Notes under the pieces: model-generated
What the model was told of the DNA's origin: nothing
Seen by the model: only the letters and a program-made list of their open reading frames with translations
Databases searched by the model: none
Virus record (IMG/VR): IMGVR_UViG_3300022181_000120
Span: 1-57,069 of that record
Length of the DNA: 57,069 bases
Source of the DNA: a virus
Taxonomy: Duplodnaviria > Caudoviricetes
Reading direction: 5' to 3' (one strand)
Shown: positions 28,171-37,809 of the stretch, piece by piece
Position numbering within the stretch: the first letter of the stretch is position 1
How the letters are laid out: every line of letters begins with the position of its first letter
Translations under genes and position numbers: made by a program

Positions 28171-29656
28171 AAAGTACATATCAAAGTTTAAATCATGGCA
28201 GACTGACTGGAATAAATTTGTAAGAGATGTGTTAAAGGCAAGGTTAGATAAAGAACAGCAGGCTATCATCACATCGGTTCAGCATAACCCATTGACAGCC
28301 GTAGCGAGTGGTACATCACGTGGTAAGGATTTTGTCGCAGCATGTGCCGCTTTGTGTTTCATGTACTTAACACCAAAGTTTGACAAAAAAGGTAATCTTA
28401 TTGAAAATACAAAAATTGCTTTGACAGCTCCAACAGGCAGGCAGGTGACCAATATCATGGTTCCAGAAATTCGCAGACTTCTCAGACAAGCAAAAGTGCT
28501 TCCGGGGAGACAGGTATCGAATGATATTCGGACAAGTTATGAAGAGTGGTTTCTAACTGGCTTCAAAGCAGACGATAATAATACAGAGGCATGGTCGGGG
28601 TTTCACGCAGTAAACACGATGTTTATTGTTACAGAGGCTTCTGGTGTATCTGAATCAATTTACAATGCAATTGAGGGTAACCTGCAAGGGAATTCACGCC
28701 TTTTGATTGTATTCAATCCGAACATAACGACAGGATACGCAGCAAAAGCAATGAAGTCCGAGAGGTTTAAAAAGTTCAGGCTTAACTCTCTTAATGCTAA
28801 AAACGTAGTAACGAAGAAAAATACAATCCCTGGGCAAGTAGATTATGAATGGGTGAAAGATAAAGTAGAGATGTGGTGTACTCCTGTTCAGGAGAACGAT
28901 ATAAATGAAGGCGAGGGCGATTTCAGGTGGGAAGGAAAAGCGTATAGACCAAACGACCTTTTCAGGGTAAAAGTGTTAGGCATGTTCCCGAAAATTTCAG
29001 AAGACGTTCTTATACCTTATGAGTGGATTGAGCTTGCAAACAGGCGATGGGAGGAAATGACAAAACCGAAAGGGAAAAGTAGATTAGGGGTTGATGTGGC
29101 CGGCATGGGAAGAGATTCAAGTGTACTATGCGAGAGGATTGATAATTACGTTTCACCGTTTATTATTCACCAGTCAGCAGGAAAAGCGGATCATATGCAC
29201 GTTGCAGGTATGGTTGTGCCGTATTTGAGAAATCCAAAATGCAGTGCATTTATTGATACCATCGGAGAAGGTGCAGGCGTTTATTCACGGCTTAAAGAGC
29301 AGGGCTTTACAAACGTTATTTCATGCAAATTTTCAGAAGGCTCAAATGGGTTAAGCGATATAACAGGGGTAAGAGAGTTTGCGAACATGAAAGCATACCT
29401 CTATTGGAGTGTGAGGGATTGGCTGGATCCGATTAATAAGACTGGCGCAGCAATACCTCCGAATGATAAGCTTCTCGAAGAAGCAAACGAAATTAAATGG
29501 AAGATACAATCAAATGGGAAAATAATCATGGAAGCCAAAGAAGATCTGGAGAAAAGATTGAAACGTTCGCCTGACTTATTTGATGCACTGGCTAATACAT
29601 TCTATCCTGATTGGAAGCCTATTAATGTTGAACAAATTTTAGACGATTTCAGATGA
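28160..29656 (+). CDS. Terminase large subunit
   Basis: ATPase motifs SGTSRGKD, TAPT, TEAS, FNP; nuclease motifs GVDVAGMGRD and RSPDLFDAL. Confidence 0.92.
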   Translation: MANEKYISKFKSWQTDWNKFVRDVLKARLDKEQQAIITSVQHNPLTAVASGTSRGKDFVAACAALCFMYLTPKFDKKGNLIENTKIALTAPTGRQVTNIMVPEIRRLLRQAKVLPGRQVSNDIRTSYEEWFLTGFKADDNNTEAWSGFHAVNTMFIVTEASGVSESIYNAIEGNLQGNSRLLIVFNPNITTGYAAKAMKSERFKKFRLNSLNAKNVVTKKNTIPGQVDYEWVKDKVEMWCTPVQENDINEGEGDFRWEGKAYRPNDLFRVKVLGMFPKISEDVLIPYEWIELANRRWEEMTKPKGKSRLGVDVAGMGRDSSVLCERIDNYVSPFIIHQSAGKADHMHVAGMVVPYLRNPKCSAFIDTIGEGAGVYSRLKEQGFTNVISCKFSEGSNGLSDITGVREFANMKAYLYWSVRDWLDPINKTGAAIPPNDKLLEEANEIKWKIQSNGKIIMEAKEDLEKRLKRSPDLFDALANTFYPDWKPINVEQILDDFR

Positions 29657-31056
29657 TACAGGAAATTTTTGAACAGAAAGAAATAAGCGATATCATAGAT
29701 TTGCTTAAGAAAAAGACGGTCATTGTACCGGAATGGGATGAATTGAAATATGAATACGATCCATCATTGCATGATATCATGACTGACAAGGTCGGGCGAA
29801 AGGATAAGCGTGGAAAGCCGAAGGTAGCAAGGATTACTTACGGAGTTCAGAAGTTGGCAACAAGGAGAATGACACAGATGGCGTTTACTATTCCTGCCAA
29901 AAGGACATACAAGCATGGTAATGATCCGCTAAAGAAAGAGCAGGCTAAAGCTTTGGAAAAACTCTATCAAAAGGTCAGGATTGATGCGCTCAATAAAAAA
30001 AGGTTCAAGGCTTATTTTTCTGCATGTGAAATAGCAACTATCTGGTACGTTGTAAAAAAGAAAAACTTCGATTACGGTTTTGAGTCTGAATACAAGCTGA
30101 ATAGCGTGACGTATTCTCCGATGGATGAGAAATTCTCCAAAATGGAGCAAGCGAATTTATATCCTTTGTTTGATGAATATGGTGATATGATTGCCCTTAG
30201 CGTGGAATTCACGCATAGAGAGAATGAAAAGGATATCACTTATTTTGAAGCATATACAGCTGAAAAGAAATATGTCTGGAAAAATGAAGATGGTGAGTGG
30301 GTTCAATTGAAAGAATCACCAATACCAATAAAGAAAATACCCGGTGCTTATATTAACCGACCTATTCCAATTTGGGAAGACCAGACGAATAATGCTAAAG
30401 AGATTGAGTACACCCTTTCGAGGCAAAGCGACATTTTGAGAAGAAACTCTGCTCCTGTAATGAAAGTGCTCGGAAAACTTGTTGAGGATACAGACAAGCC
30501 GGAAGGGGATACATCACGGGAGGTTTATCAATTCGAGGATGTAACCGGGAATATAGACTACGTTAAACCACCAGTTGACCACGAGGCTGTCGATGCTTTC
30601 GTTAAGACAATAAAAGACAACATTTCAGAAGAGTTACAACTTCCGTCACTTGCATTAAAAGATATCACCGGAGCAGGGATGACGGAAGAAGCAAGGAAGC
30701 AGTTGCTTGTTGATGCCCATCTTAAGGTTGGCGAGGAGGATGGTGATATTATTGAATTCCTAAGCAGGGAATGCAACGTATTGAAGTCGTTTCTCGGGCT
30801 GATAAATTCTAAATGGAAAGATTCAATCGGAGATTTGGAAGTAGAACACGAGATAATTCCGTTTGTGATGAACAGCGAGAGTGCAGACATTGAAAATTTA
30901 TCCAAGGCAACAGGTGGAAAACAAATAATGAGTCAACGGTTAGCCGTTCAAAGGGCTGGATACGTAAGCGAGGAAGAAATCGAGGAAGAATTAAAGCGGA
31001 TTCAGGAGGAAGAAGAACTGGACAGGAAAGCCGATTTATTTCAACCATCATTATAA
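29653..31056 (+). CDS. Portal protein (SPP1-like)
   Basis: 467 aa immediately after TerL; LYPLFDEYGDMIA. Confidence 0.85.
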   Translation: MIQEIFEQKEISDIIDLLKKKTVIVPEWDELKYEYDPSLHDIMTDKVGRKDKRGKPKVARITYGVQKLATRRMTQMAFTIPAKRTYKHGNDPLKKEQAKALEKLYQKVRIDALNKKRFKAYFSACEIATIWYVVKKKNFDYGFESEYKLNSVTYSPMDEKFSKMEQANLYPLFDEYGDMIALSVEFTHRENEKDITYFEAYTAEKKYVWKNEDGEWVQLKESPIPIKKIPGAYINRPIPIWEDQTNNAKEIEYTLSRQSDILRRNSAPVMKVLGKLVEDTDKPEGDTSREVYQFEDVTGNIDYVKPPVDHEAVDAFVKTIKDNISEELQLPSLALKDITGAGMTEEARKQLLVDAHLKVGEEDGDIIEFLSRECNVLKSFLGLINSKWKDSIGDLEVEHEIIPFVMNSESADIENLSKATGGKQIMSQRLAVQRAGYVSEEEIEEELKRIQEEEELDRKADLFQPSL

Positions 31057-31063
31057 CCAAAAA

Positions 31064-31080
31064 GGTCGCTATTGGTGACT
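31064..31080 (+). promoter_or_regulatory. GGTCG motif copy 5 (degenerate, no -7 box)
   Basis: AAAAAGGTCGCTATTGGTGACT just after the portal stop. Confidence 0.35.
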
Positions 31081-31158
31081 AAATGTAGGTAAAAACAGTC
31101 GAAAATGAGGGTATGCACATCGGACAGATAAAGCAGATGTAAACGAAAAGATAACAAA

Positions 31159-31530
31159 ATGATAAACATTTATGAATTCGATCCTGCAATTTACACGCAA
31201 AAGTTATGGGTATGCGTTGGCGAAAATTTTGATAATCTAAACGGGTTGTTTTCTGATATTGATGATGAAACCGATATTGATTTTGGCAAATTTGAAAATT
31301 ACGAGGCTGTCACGATAAATGCAATCAAAAAAGAAACAAAGGATTTTGGGGTTTTGATAATATTCAAACCAAAATATATTGACTGCAAAACGATAGCGCA
31401 CGAAGCATCACACGCAGCCGGTTATATATTTCATCATATCGGTGCTGATATGGATTGTGGAGAACCTACGGCATATCTAATCGGGTGGGTTGCAGATTGT
31501 TGTGAAAAAGTGAAAAAGAATGTCAGTTAA
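31159..31530 (+). CDS. Small HExxH metallopeptidase-like protein
   Basis: IAHEASH..EPTAYLIGW. Confidence 0.65.
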   Translation: MINIYEFDPAIYTQKLWVCVGENFDNLNGLFSDIDDETDIDFGKFENYEAVTINAIKKETKDFGVLIIFKPKYIDCKTIAHEASHAAGYIFHHIGADMDCGEPTAYLIGWVADCCEKVKKNVS

Positions 31531-33316
31531 AACCGATAACGAACATTACGCAAGGGTTGAAAAATATGCGAAAGAAATTCAAAATCTATATTTTGAAATA
31601 GCGGACTATTGTGCAAAATTGGCGACGAATCATAGTTTTGAGTCTGGCATATTTACATTCAAGGATTACCCTGTTCTAAACAGAGCTGTTGACAAGCTTA
31701 TTAGTGATTTGCGTAAATCCATGCATGCTATCATTCAGTCAGGAATCAGTAAAGAATGGGATAAGGCAAACGAAAATAACGATGAATTCATAAAAAGACT
31801 CCTGAGGAAAACAAGTATTCCGGCACAGAAATACCAAACACGAAACCTTAAAGCACTTGAAGCGTTCCAGAACAGGAAAATTAACGGCTTGAAATTATCG
31901 GACAGGGTTTGGAACTACTCTGCTCAATACAAGACAGAATTAGAACAAGCGTTGGATGTAGGGATAGCAGACGGAAGAAGTGCAGCACAATTATCCAGAG
32001 ACATACGGGAATACCTCAGAGAGCCTGAAAAACTATTTAGAAGGATAAGGGATAAAAACGGTAATCTTAAGCCGTCGAAAAACGCTCTGAGGTATAACCC
32101 AGGGAATGGAGTGTATAGGAGCTCATATAAGAACGCCATGAGGTTGGCCAGAACAGAAATCAATTCTTCATATCGTGAAGCTGATTATTTGAGATGGCAG
32201 CAAATGGATTTCGTTGTAGGTATCGAAATTAGGCGGTCCAATAGAGAGTATGCTTGCGATGTTTGCGAGAGTTTAAAAGGAAAATACCCGAAAGACTTCA
32301 AGTTCACCGGATGGCATCCACATTGTAGGTGTCACGCTATTCCCATACTCTCAACCGAGAAAGAACTACTTGATAGCATTGAGAACGATACGCTTGTAAA
32401 GTCAAAGAATGAGGTTAAGGATGTACCTGATAGCTTTAAAGATTGGGTAAGCGAAAACGAAAACAGGATTAAAAGAGCAAAATCGAAACCTTGGTGGATG
32501 AACGACAATAATGAGTTCATTAATGTAGTCGAAAAAAAGATACCTGAATTGTCTTTAAGCGAAATAAAAAAACACGTAAATAATAATTCCATAACTGAAA
32601 ATATATTCAAAATCGATGGCGAGTGGAATGTAGATCGCAGAGTTTTACACAATAAAATCATTAATGAATACATGAGCGGCGAAAAGGTTTCGTCAGACAA
32701 AGTTTATATGTTGGGCGGTGCAACTGCTAACGGAAAATCGACTTTAACAAATAGCGGAAGTTTACCACACCCGAAAGGAGTACTTGTTATTGATGCAGAC
32801 AAAATTAAATCAGCGATACCGGAATATGATAAAATGCTAAAATCAGGTAACGACGATTTAGTTAAAGCCGCTGCAAACTTTGTTCATGAGGAAAGTAGCT
32901 ATATAGGTAAAATAATTCAAGAAAAAGCGTTCAAGGGTAATTGGGGTAGTGTTATTGATGGCATTAACGATGGAGCATTCGAGAAAGTTAACAATAGGGC
33001 AAATGCGATAAGACAAGCAACAGGAAAACCTATTCGAGCAGATTATGTTTCATTAGATTCAAGTTTAAGTTTAAAATTAGCACAAGCGAGGTATGAAAAA
33101 ACAGGCAGATTTGTCCCATTAAACTATGTAGAGAAAGTAAATAGAGAGGTAAGCATATTGATTCCAGAAGTAATTAAGAACAAAACATTTGATGAATTAT
33201 ATTTGTGGGATACGAATATAAATGGAAAGCCGAGATTGATACTTAAACAAATTAATGGAAAACTAACAATGTATGATAAAGCTCTCTATGAAAGGTTTCT
33301 AAATAAGGCAAAATAA
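31520..33316 (+). CDS. MuF-like head morphogenesis protein with C-terminal zeta-toxin-like P-loop kinase
   Basis: MuF motifs RLARTE, CDVC, HPHCRC; C-terminal GGATANGKST, IDADKIK, HEESS, R..GRFVP. Confidence 0.8.
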   Translation: MSVKTDNEHYARVEKYAKEIQNLYFEIADYCAKLATNHSFESGIFTFKDYPVLNRAVDKLISDLRKSMHAIIQSGISKEWDKANENNDEFIKRLLRKTSIPAQKYQTRNLKALEAFQNRKINGLKLSDRVWNYSAQYKTELEQALDVGIADGRSAAQLSRDIREYLREPEKLFRRIRDKNGNLKPSKNALRYNPGNGVYRSSYKNAMRLARTEINSSYREADYLRWQQMDFVVGIEIRRSNREYACDVCESLKGKYPKDFKFTGWHPHCRCHAIPILSTEKELLDSIENDTLVKSKNEVKDVPDSFKDWVSENENRIKRAKSKPWWMNDNNEFINVVEKKIPELSLSEIKKHVNNNSITENIFKIDGEWNVDRRVLHNKIINEYMSGEKVSSDKVYMLGGATANGKSTLTNSGSLPHPKGVLVIDADKIKSAIPEYDKMLKSGNDDLVKAAANFVHEESSYIGKIIQEKAFKGNWGSVIDGINDGAFEKVNNRANAIRQATGKPIRADYVSLDSSLSLKLAQARYEKTGRFVPLNYVEKVNREVSILIPEVIKNKTFDELYLWDTNINGKPRLILKQINGKLTMYDKALYERFLNKAK

Positions 33317-33317
33317 T

Positions 33318-33348
33318 TTTGAACAATAAGATATTTTTATTAACTTTA
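33318..33348 (+). promoter_or_regulatory. Internal promoter for the small ORF after MuF
   Basis: TTTG (33318) plus TAACTTTA (33341), 19-nt spacer. Confidence 0.5.
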
Positions 33349-33360
33349 TAGTATAAACAA

Positions 33361-33570
33361 ATGAGTATGGAAAAATACATTGATAATGATGGGTATGAGT
33401 ATGAAAGCTACGAGGCTTACTGTAACGCTCCCGATTTAGACCCAGATATTATAGGTGTTATGCTTGCAACAAAAAGACGTACACCACAAAATGAATATGA
33501 GGAGCGTCTGCTAAAAGAAATAAAAGAACTGAAAGAAAAGGGAATTCCAATAGAATTTGACTTCAACTAA
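33361..33570 (+). CDS. Small acidic protein, candidate immunity/antitoxin
   Basis: Directly downstream of the MuF-toxin gene with its own promoter and terminator. Confidence 0.55.
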   Translation: MSMEKYIDNDGYEYESYEAYCNAPDLDPDIIGVMLATKRRTPQNEYEERLLKEIKELKEKGIPIEFDFN

Positions 33571-33574
33571 ATTA

Positions 33575-33600
33575 AGAGACGGTTAATTCCGTCTTTTTTT
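33575..33600 (+). terminator. Intrinsic terminator
   Basis: AGACGG-ttaatt-CCGTCT followed by a T run. Confidence 0.7.
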
Positions 33601-33675
33601 ATCTATAAATCTGATTGCTAAATAGTTAAACATTATTAAAAACAACGTTTTTCATGAAAAATAACTGTTAAATAT

Positions 33676-33707
33676 GGTCGCTAATAGCGACTTTATTTGT
33701 ATCTTTA
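33676..33707 (+). promoter_or_regulatory. GGTCG motif copy 6 plus -7 box
   Basis: GGTCGCTAATAGCGACT followed by TATCTTTA at 33700. Confidence 0.65.
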
Positions 33708-33741
33708 TAGTACTAAAATAAACCAATAAACAAATAAAACA

Positions 33742-33939
33742 ATGAAAACTATGAAATTCACATTAAGGGAATCAGCTAAAGCAAACGAAGCAATTAATGA
33801 TTATCCCGTATTGAGAAAAAATATCATTCAAATATCATGTAATGTATATGAATTTGAAGATGAATTCGAGGATATATTAATTAATCAACTCGAAAATTGG
33901 GATATTGATATTACAGAATACGAAATTATAAACAATTAA
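33742..33939 (+). CDS. Small acidic hypothetical protein (moron)
   Basis: First ORF after the promoter. Confidence 0.6.
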   Translation: MKTMKFTLRESAKANEAINDYPVLRKNIIQISCNVYEFEDEFEDILINQLENWDIDITEYEIINN

Positions 33940-33950
33940 AAACAACGATT

Positions 33951-34286
33951 ATGAAAACAGCAGATCTCATTCAGGTATCAAAAAGCGACTTGGCCTTAAT
34001 AGCTAGCCGGTTAAGTGAGAATGGTATCGAAACGGTAGTAAGTATCGTTAGAGAAGGAACTCCCGGGGAGTATCCGATGCTATTAATCGTAGGGCAGTTT
34101 AGCAACAAAGAGTTACTCAACATCAGAGAATGCGTAAACGTAAGCTATAAAGACAGCAAAAAGCTTAAGCACGGCGATTATATTGTTTCGCTTGGGTATA
34201 CGCCAAGCGAAGCAGTGCTGGAAATAAGGCCGAGATTTAGCTTCTTGACCGAAAGTGAAAAAAATCTTCTAACATATAATAAATAG
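33951..34286 (+). CDS. Hypothetical protein (moron)
   Basis: ORF in the moron operon. Confidence 0.6.
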   Translation: MKTADLIQVSKSDLALIASRLSENGIETVVSIVREGTPGEYPMLLIVGQFSNKELLNIRECVNVSYKDSKKLKHGDYIVSLGYTPSEAVLEIRPRFSFLTESEKNLLTYNK

Positions 34287-34288
34287 CT

Positions 34289-34741
34289 ATGAAGACAAAT
34301 ATCTTAAACGAAAAAGCCGTTGAATATTCACTGAAAGCAGAAAGAAAAGAATTCAAGAACGTGCAAATTAAAAATTCTAAGGATATTGCTAATTACGCAA
34401 GGAATTTCTACTTCGACGATATCATAATTTTCGAGAGCACGTTTGCCGTTTTTGTTAACACGGCAGGTGAAACAGTCGGATATGCAAAGATAAGTCAGGG
34501 CGGTGTTTCTGGTACGTCTGTGGATATAAGGATAATTCTTAAGTACGCTCTTGATAACCTTGCATCAGGGATTTTCTTAGTGCACAACCATCCATCCGGA
34601 ACGTTAAATCCGAGCCCTCAAGATATTGCGCTTACTAAAAAATTAAGAGAAGCATCCAGATGGATGGACATGGAACTTCTCGACTCGATTATACTTTCCG
34701 AGAGTGGGTATTTTAGTATGGCAGATGGTGGGATAATTTAG
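34289..34741 (+). CDS. RadC-like JAB domain protein
   Basis: E..SQGG..LVHNHPSG..PS.QD..T..LLDSII. Confidence 0.9.
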   Translation: MKTNILNEKAVEYSLKAERKEFKNVQIKNSKDIANYARNFYFDDIIIFESTFAVFVNTAGETVGYAKISQGGVSGTSVDIRIILKYALDNLASGIFLVHNHPSGTLNPSPQDIALTKKLREASRWMDMELLDSIILSESGYFSMADGGII

Positions 34742-34765
34742 TTTGTCAATAACTTTTCCCTGAAA

Positions 34766-34799
34766 GGTCGTTAATAGCGACCTTTTTTGTTTATATTTG
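34766..34799 (+). promoter_or_regulatory. GGTCG motif copy 7 plus -7 box
   Basis: GGTCGTTAATAGCGACC followed by TATATTTG at 34792, upstream of the capsid operon. Confidence 0.65.
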
Positions 34800-34868
34800 C
34801 TCCGAGCTTGTAACACAGCTTTGGGGTTTGTGATTAAACAAGCTCCAAATCATTAAAACGTTTTTAAG

Positions 34869-35501
34869 ATGAAAGAAAAAGTGTTACAGACTCTGAAACC
34901 AAAAGCAGCATCGTTTGGGTTCACAAAAGAAGAGCTTGAGAGTGTCGTTGATACCATATGCGGAACTTTGCAAGAAGATGCAACCGATGAACAGATAAAC
35001 GCACAGATTGATGCGGTTATACCATTTCTGAAAATATCACAATCAGCGGTTACGAGAATAGTAAACGCAGGTAAGAAACCTAAAGAGGAAACCGTGGCGT
35101 CACCCAAAGAAGCCGGTAAGGGTTCCGAAAATCAAGAAGACGATAAGTTTGAAAAATTATTGAAAGTAATCGAGACGCAGAATGCGAAAATTGATGCACT
35201 TATCAATAAGGATGTAAAGACTTCAAGGCGTGAGGTGTATGTATCGAAATTGAAAGATTTGCCGGAAGCTATTCAGAAATCGAAGTTGAAAGATTTTGAC
35301 CGCATGAGCTTCGAGAATCAGGAAGATTTCGATTCCTTCATCCAAGAAGCAGAGACGGACGTCCCTGTAATTCTTCAAGGAATTGCGAATACCGAGCTTT
35401 CAGAAATGGACAAGCCGTTTTTAGGTAAGAAAAATCAGAGCGAAGAAGATGCTTTCATCGAAATGATGAAAAGCATGAATTCGGAGAAAACAGAAAAGTA
35501 A
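34869..35501 (+). CDS. Capsid scaffolding protein (putative)
   Basis: Charged helical protein upstream of decoration/capsid genes. Confidence 0.65.
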   Translation: MKEKVLQTLKPKAASFGFTKEELESVVDTICGTLQEDATDEQINAQIDAVIPFLKISQSAVTRIVNAGKKPKEETVASPKEAGKGSENQEDDKFEKLLKVIETQNAKIDALINKDVKTSRREVYVSKLKDLPEAIQKSKLKDFDRMSFENQEDFDSFIQEAETDVPVILQGIANTELSEMDKPFLGKKNQSEEDAFIEMMKSMNSEKTEK

Positions 35502-35519
35502 ATTTTTAAATAGCAAATT

Positions 35520-36089
35520 ATGCACTACAAAGAAACACCGCAAGCTGGAAACAGCTATCTGCATATATGGGATGTGGCGTCCGAGAAGGCTTTCGATGGA
35601 GGTTTTCTTTTTGACAAGTCATGCTTACCCGCAGGGACGGAAGTGCTTCCAAAGGGAGTATTCCTGAAAGCAGATTTAAGTGAGCGCAAGGCTGTTTTAG
35701 TGAAGACAGCCAAACTATATGCCGCAGTCAATACGACCGATACGGCAATGAAAATTGAAAAAGGACATTTCCTTTTAGCAACCGATAAAATCGGTGTCGG
35801 GACAAAATCAGTAACCGTTGGTACTATTGACGCATCTAACGCTGATTATGACTCAATTACTATTACGGCGAATGCGCTTGGCGCTTTGTCGAAAGGTGAT
35901 GTTTTGCAGTCATTCAATACAGCAGTGATTAACCCGGATGGATTGAATCACCGTGAAGTCGAGATCGACGATGAAACGTTGTGCTCTATTGTATTCAGGG
36001 CAGATGGGATTGTAACAAGCAGACTTCCGCAGCCTGTAAATGGGGCTATTGAAACTGCATTGAAGTATTGTCAATTTTTAAATCTCTAA
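35520..36089 (+). CDS. Head decoration protein (putative)
   Basis: Position and small-residue-rich beta composition. Confidence 0.6.
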   Translation: MHYKETPQAGNSYLHIWDVASEKAFDGGFLFDKSCLPAGTEVLPKGVFLKADLSERKAVLVKTAKLYAAVNTTDTAMKIEKGHFLLATDKIGVGTKSVTVGTIDASNADYDSITITANALGALSKGDVLQSFNTAVINPDGLNHREVEIDDETLCSIVFRADGIVTSRLPQPVNGAIETALKYCQFLNL

Positions 36090-36092
36090 GAT

Positions 36093-37202
36093 ATGCTGAA
36101 CATATTAGAGCAAATTCAGAAACCGAAGTCGTTTGATGCATTCATCAACGAAAATATGAAAACATCAACTTACAAAGTTGGATGGAATGAAGAAATGGAT
36201 GTTGAGTACGAAGCATCTAAAACATATGCAGCTGGTACGGCAGAGTATGCCGCGGCTATGCTTGGTACGGTAATTAGCGAAGGGGCTCCAAGACCGAAAC
36301 GTGACATGCCTTCAATCGGTGAGTTAAGTGGAACAATTGCCCGCATTGGTGACGAATGGCAAATACCAAACGACCGGCTTGAAAGGTATTATTACATGCT
36401 GAATCGCTTACGTGATAAGGCAAAAAATTTAACTGAAACGCAGAAAAAGTCTCAATACCAGAACTTGGTAAAATATCTGTTCAACCCTTATGAGTTGGCC
36501 GCAATTGCACCGCACAGACGTATTCTCGCACAGTACTGGGAAGGGCTGTCGGACGGTCAGGTTACCGTTGCGAAAACAAACAATGAGGGCGGTATCATTT
36601 GGTCAACCCCTCTTTCAAATGGTATCACAAAAAAACTGCTACCTAAAGGAAGTGTTGTTTGGAAAGCGGAAAATATAGCAACAATAGACGTACTTGCTAC
36701 TCTGCAATATCTCGAAGAATTGGCAGACTCGAAAGGGAAGGCTGTGCTGAAATTCCGTGTGAGCAAAGCGACGGCAGCCTTGATCAGTAATTCAACGCAA
36801 TTGAAGAACTTAATCGGTATGAATCTTGGCAGGCTTAAAACGGATACTACTCCGATGCTTGCGATTGATACGGTAAATTCATATCTGTCTGCACTTCAAA
36901 GACCGACTATCGAGGTGATAAATGACAGGGGAACATTGAACACTGGATCATCCGTAAACATGTTCAAGGACGGGAGGATTGTTGCGCAGTGCGCAGACAA
37001 AGTTGCAGTTTTGAAGGTGTCCGATCCTCTTGAGACATTAGACCCGGTTCCAAACAAAGTGTATACTTCTTATTTCGATAACCTGATCTCCCAGTGGAGA
37101 AACGACAACGGTCGTTATGTGGCATACGAAATGTTTGCCTATCCTGTGTTTACCGGAAAGAATGAAGTGTTTATCTTGGATGTTACAACCGCAGACGTAT
37201 GA
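36093..37202 (+). CDS. Major capsid protein
   Basis: 369 aa; canonical position after scaffold/decoration genes. Confidence 0.75.
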   Translation: MLNILEQIQKPKSFDAFINENMKTSTYKVGWNEEMDVEYEASKTYAAGTAEYAAAMLGTVISEGAPRPKRDMPSIGELSGTIARIGDEWQIPNDRLERYYYMLNRLRDKAKNLTETQKKSQYQNLVKYLFNPYELAAIAPHRRILAQYWEGLSDGQVTVAKTNNEGGIIWSTPLSNGITKKLLPKGSVVWKAENIATIDVLATLQYLEELADSKGKAVLKFRVSKATAALISNSTQLKNLIGMNLGRLKTDTTPMLAIDTVNSYLSALQRPTIEVINDRGTLNTGSSVNMFKDGRIVAQCADKVAVLKVSDPLETLDPVPNKVYTSYFDNLISQWRNDNGRYVAYEMFAYPVFTGKNEVFILDVTTADV

Positions 37203-37504
37203 CGTACCTTGAAGTCATACGGGAAGATTTAGCTCCTTATCCAATAAGGAGCTCGCAGATTGTGAGGCGGTGTGCTAAACATGGTGTACAGCCCGATGAC
37301 GAGAATATCGACGAAAATATCATTTCCATGTGTGTGTTAGAAATCCTCTCCCAAATGATTGCTCTTGGTGGTGTATCTGAGGGAGGGGTTTCCTTCTCTT
37401 TTAATAGGGAAGATGCAAAAGATCGTGTGCGGTCCATCTGTAAAAGACTTGGATTGGATTATGGCGATTATGTCTATGTACCGACAGTGACCAGATTAGA
37501 ATGA
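37199..37504 (+). CDS. Head-tail adaptor (putative)
   Basis: GVSEGGVSFS motif; position. Confidence 0.65.
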   Translation: MTYLEVIREDLAPYPIRSSQIVRRCAKHGVQPDDENIDENIISMCVLEILSQMIALGGVSEGGVSFSFNREDAKDRVRSICKRLGLDYGDYVYVPTVTRLE

Positions 37505-37809
37505 GAGGCTTCATCAATACACAGATAATTACACCGGGATACATCAATGACGATGGAGTCCCAGTTCCCGGATCAACCGATTGGGGTCGTGATGTAGAAT
37601 GCAAGTATGTGGCAAATGTCAACAACAATAAAGGCAGGTATCCTGATGGAGAGTTTAAACAAACTGAATTTGAGATAACAACCGAAGACATGAGCTTCGA
37701 AGCAAAAATCATTCGACTGAAAGACAGGAAGGGAAGAATTATTTGCGATAAAGAGGTGCAGAGCCTTGAAGAACTGGAGAGTGTTCAACGAATAAAAATC
37801 ACTGTATGA
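37501..37809 (+). CDS. Head closure protein (putative)
   Basis: Position; GY.DDG.PV.G N-terminus. Confidence 0.6.
   Translation: MRGFINTQIITPGYINDDGVPVPGSTDWGRDVECKYVANVNNNKGRYPDGEFKQTEFEITTEDMSFEAKIIRLKDRKGRIICDKEVQSLEELESVQRIKITV

Noticed and set aside
7966-34799. CRISPR array or mini-array from the palindromic repeats
   Set aside because: Copies are kilobases apart, degenerate and tied to promoter boxes; no repeat-spacer periodicity and no cas genes
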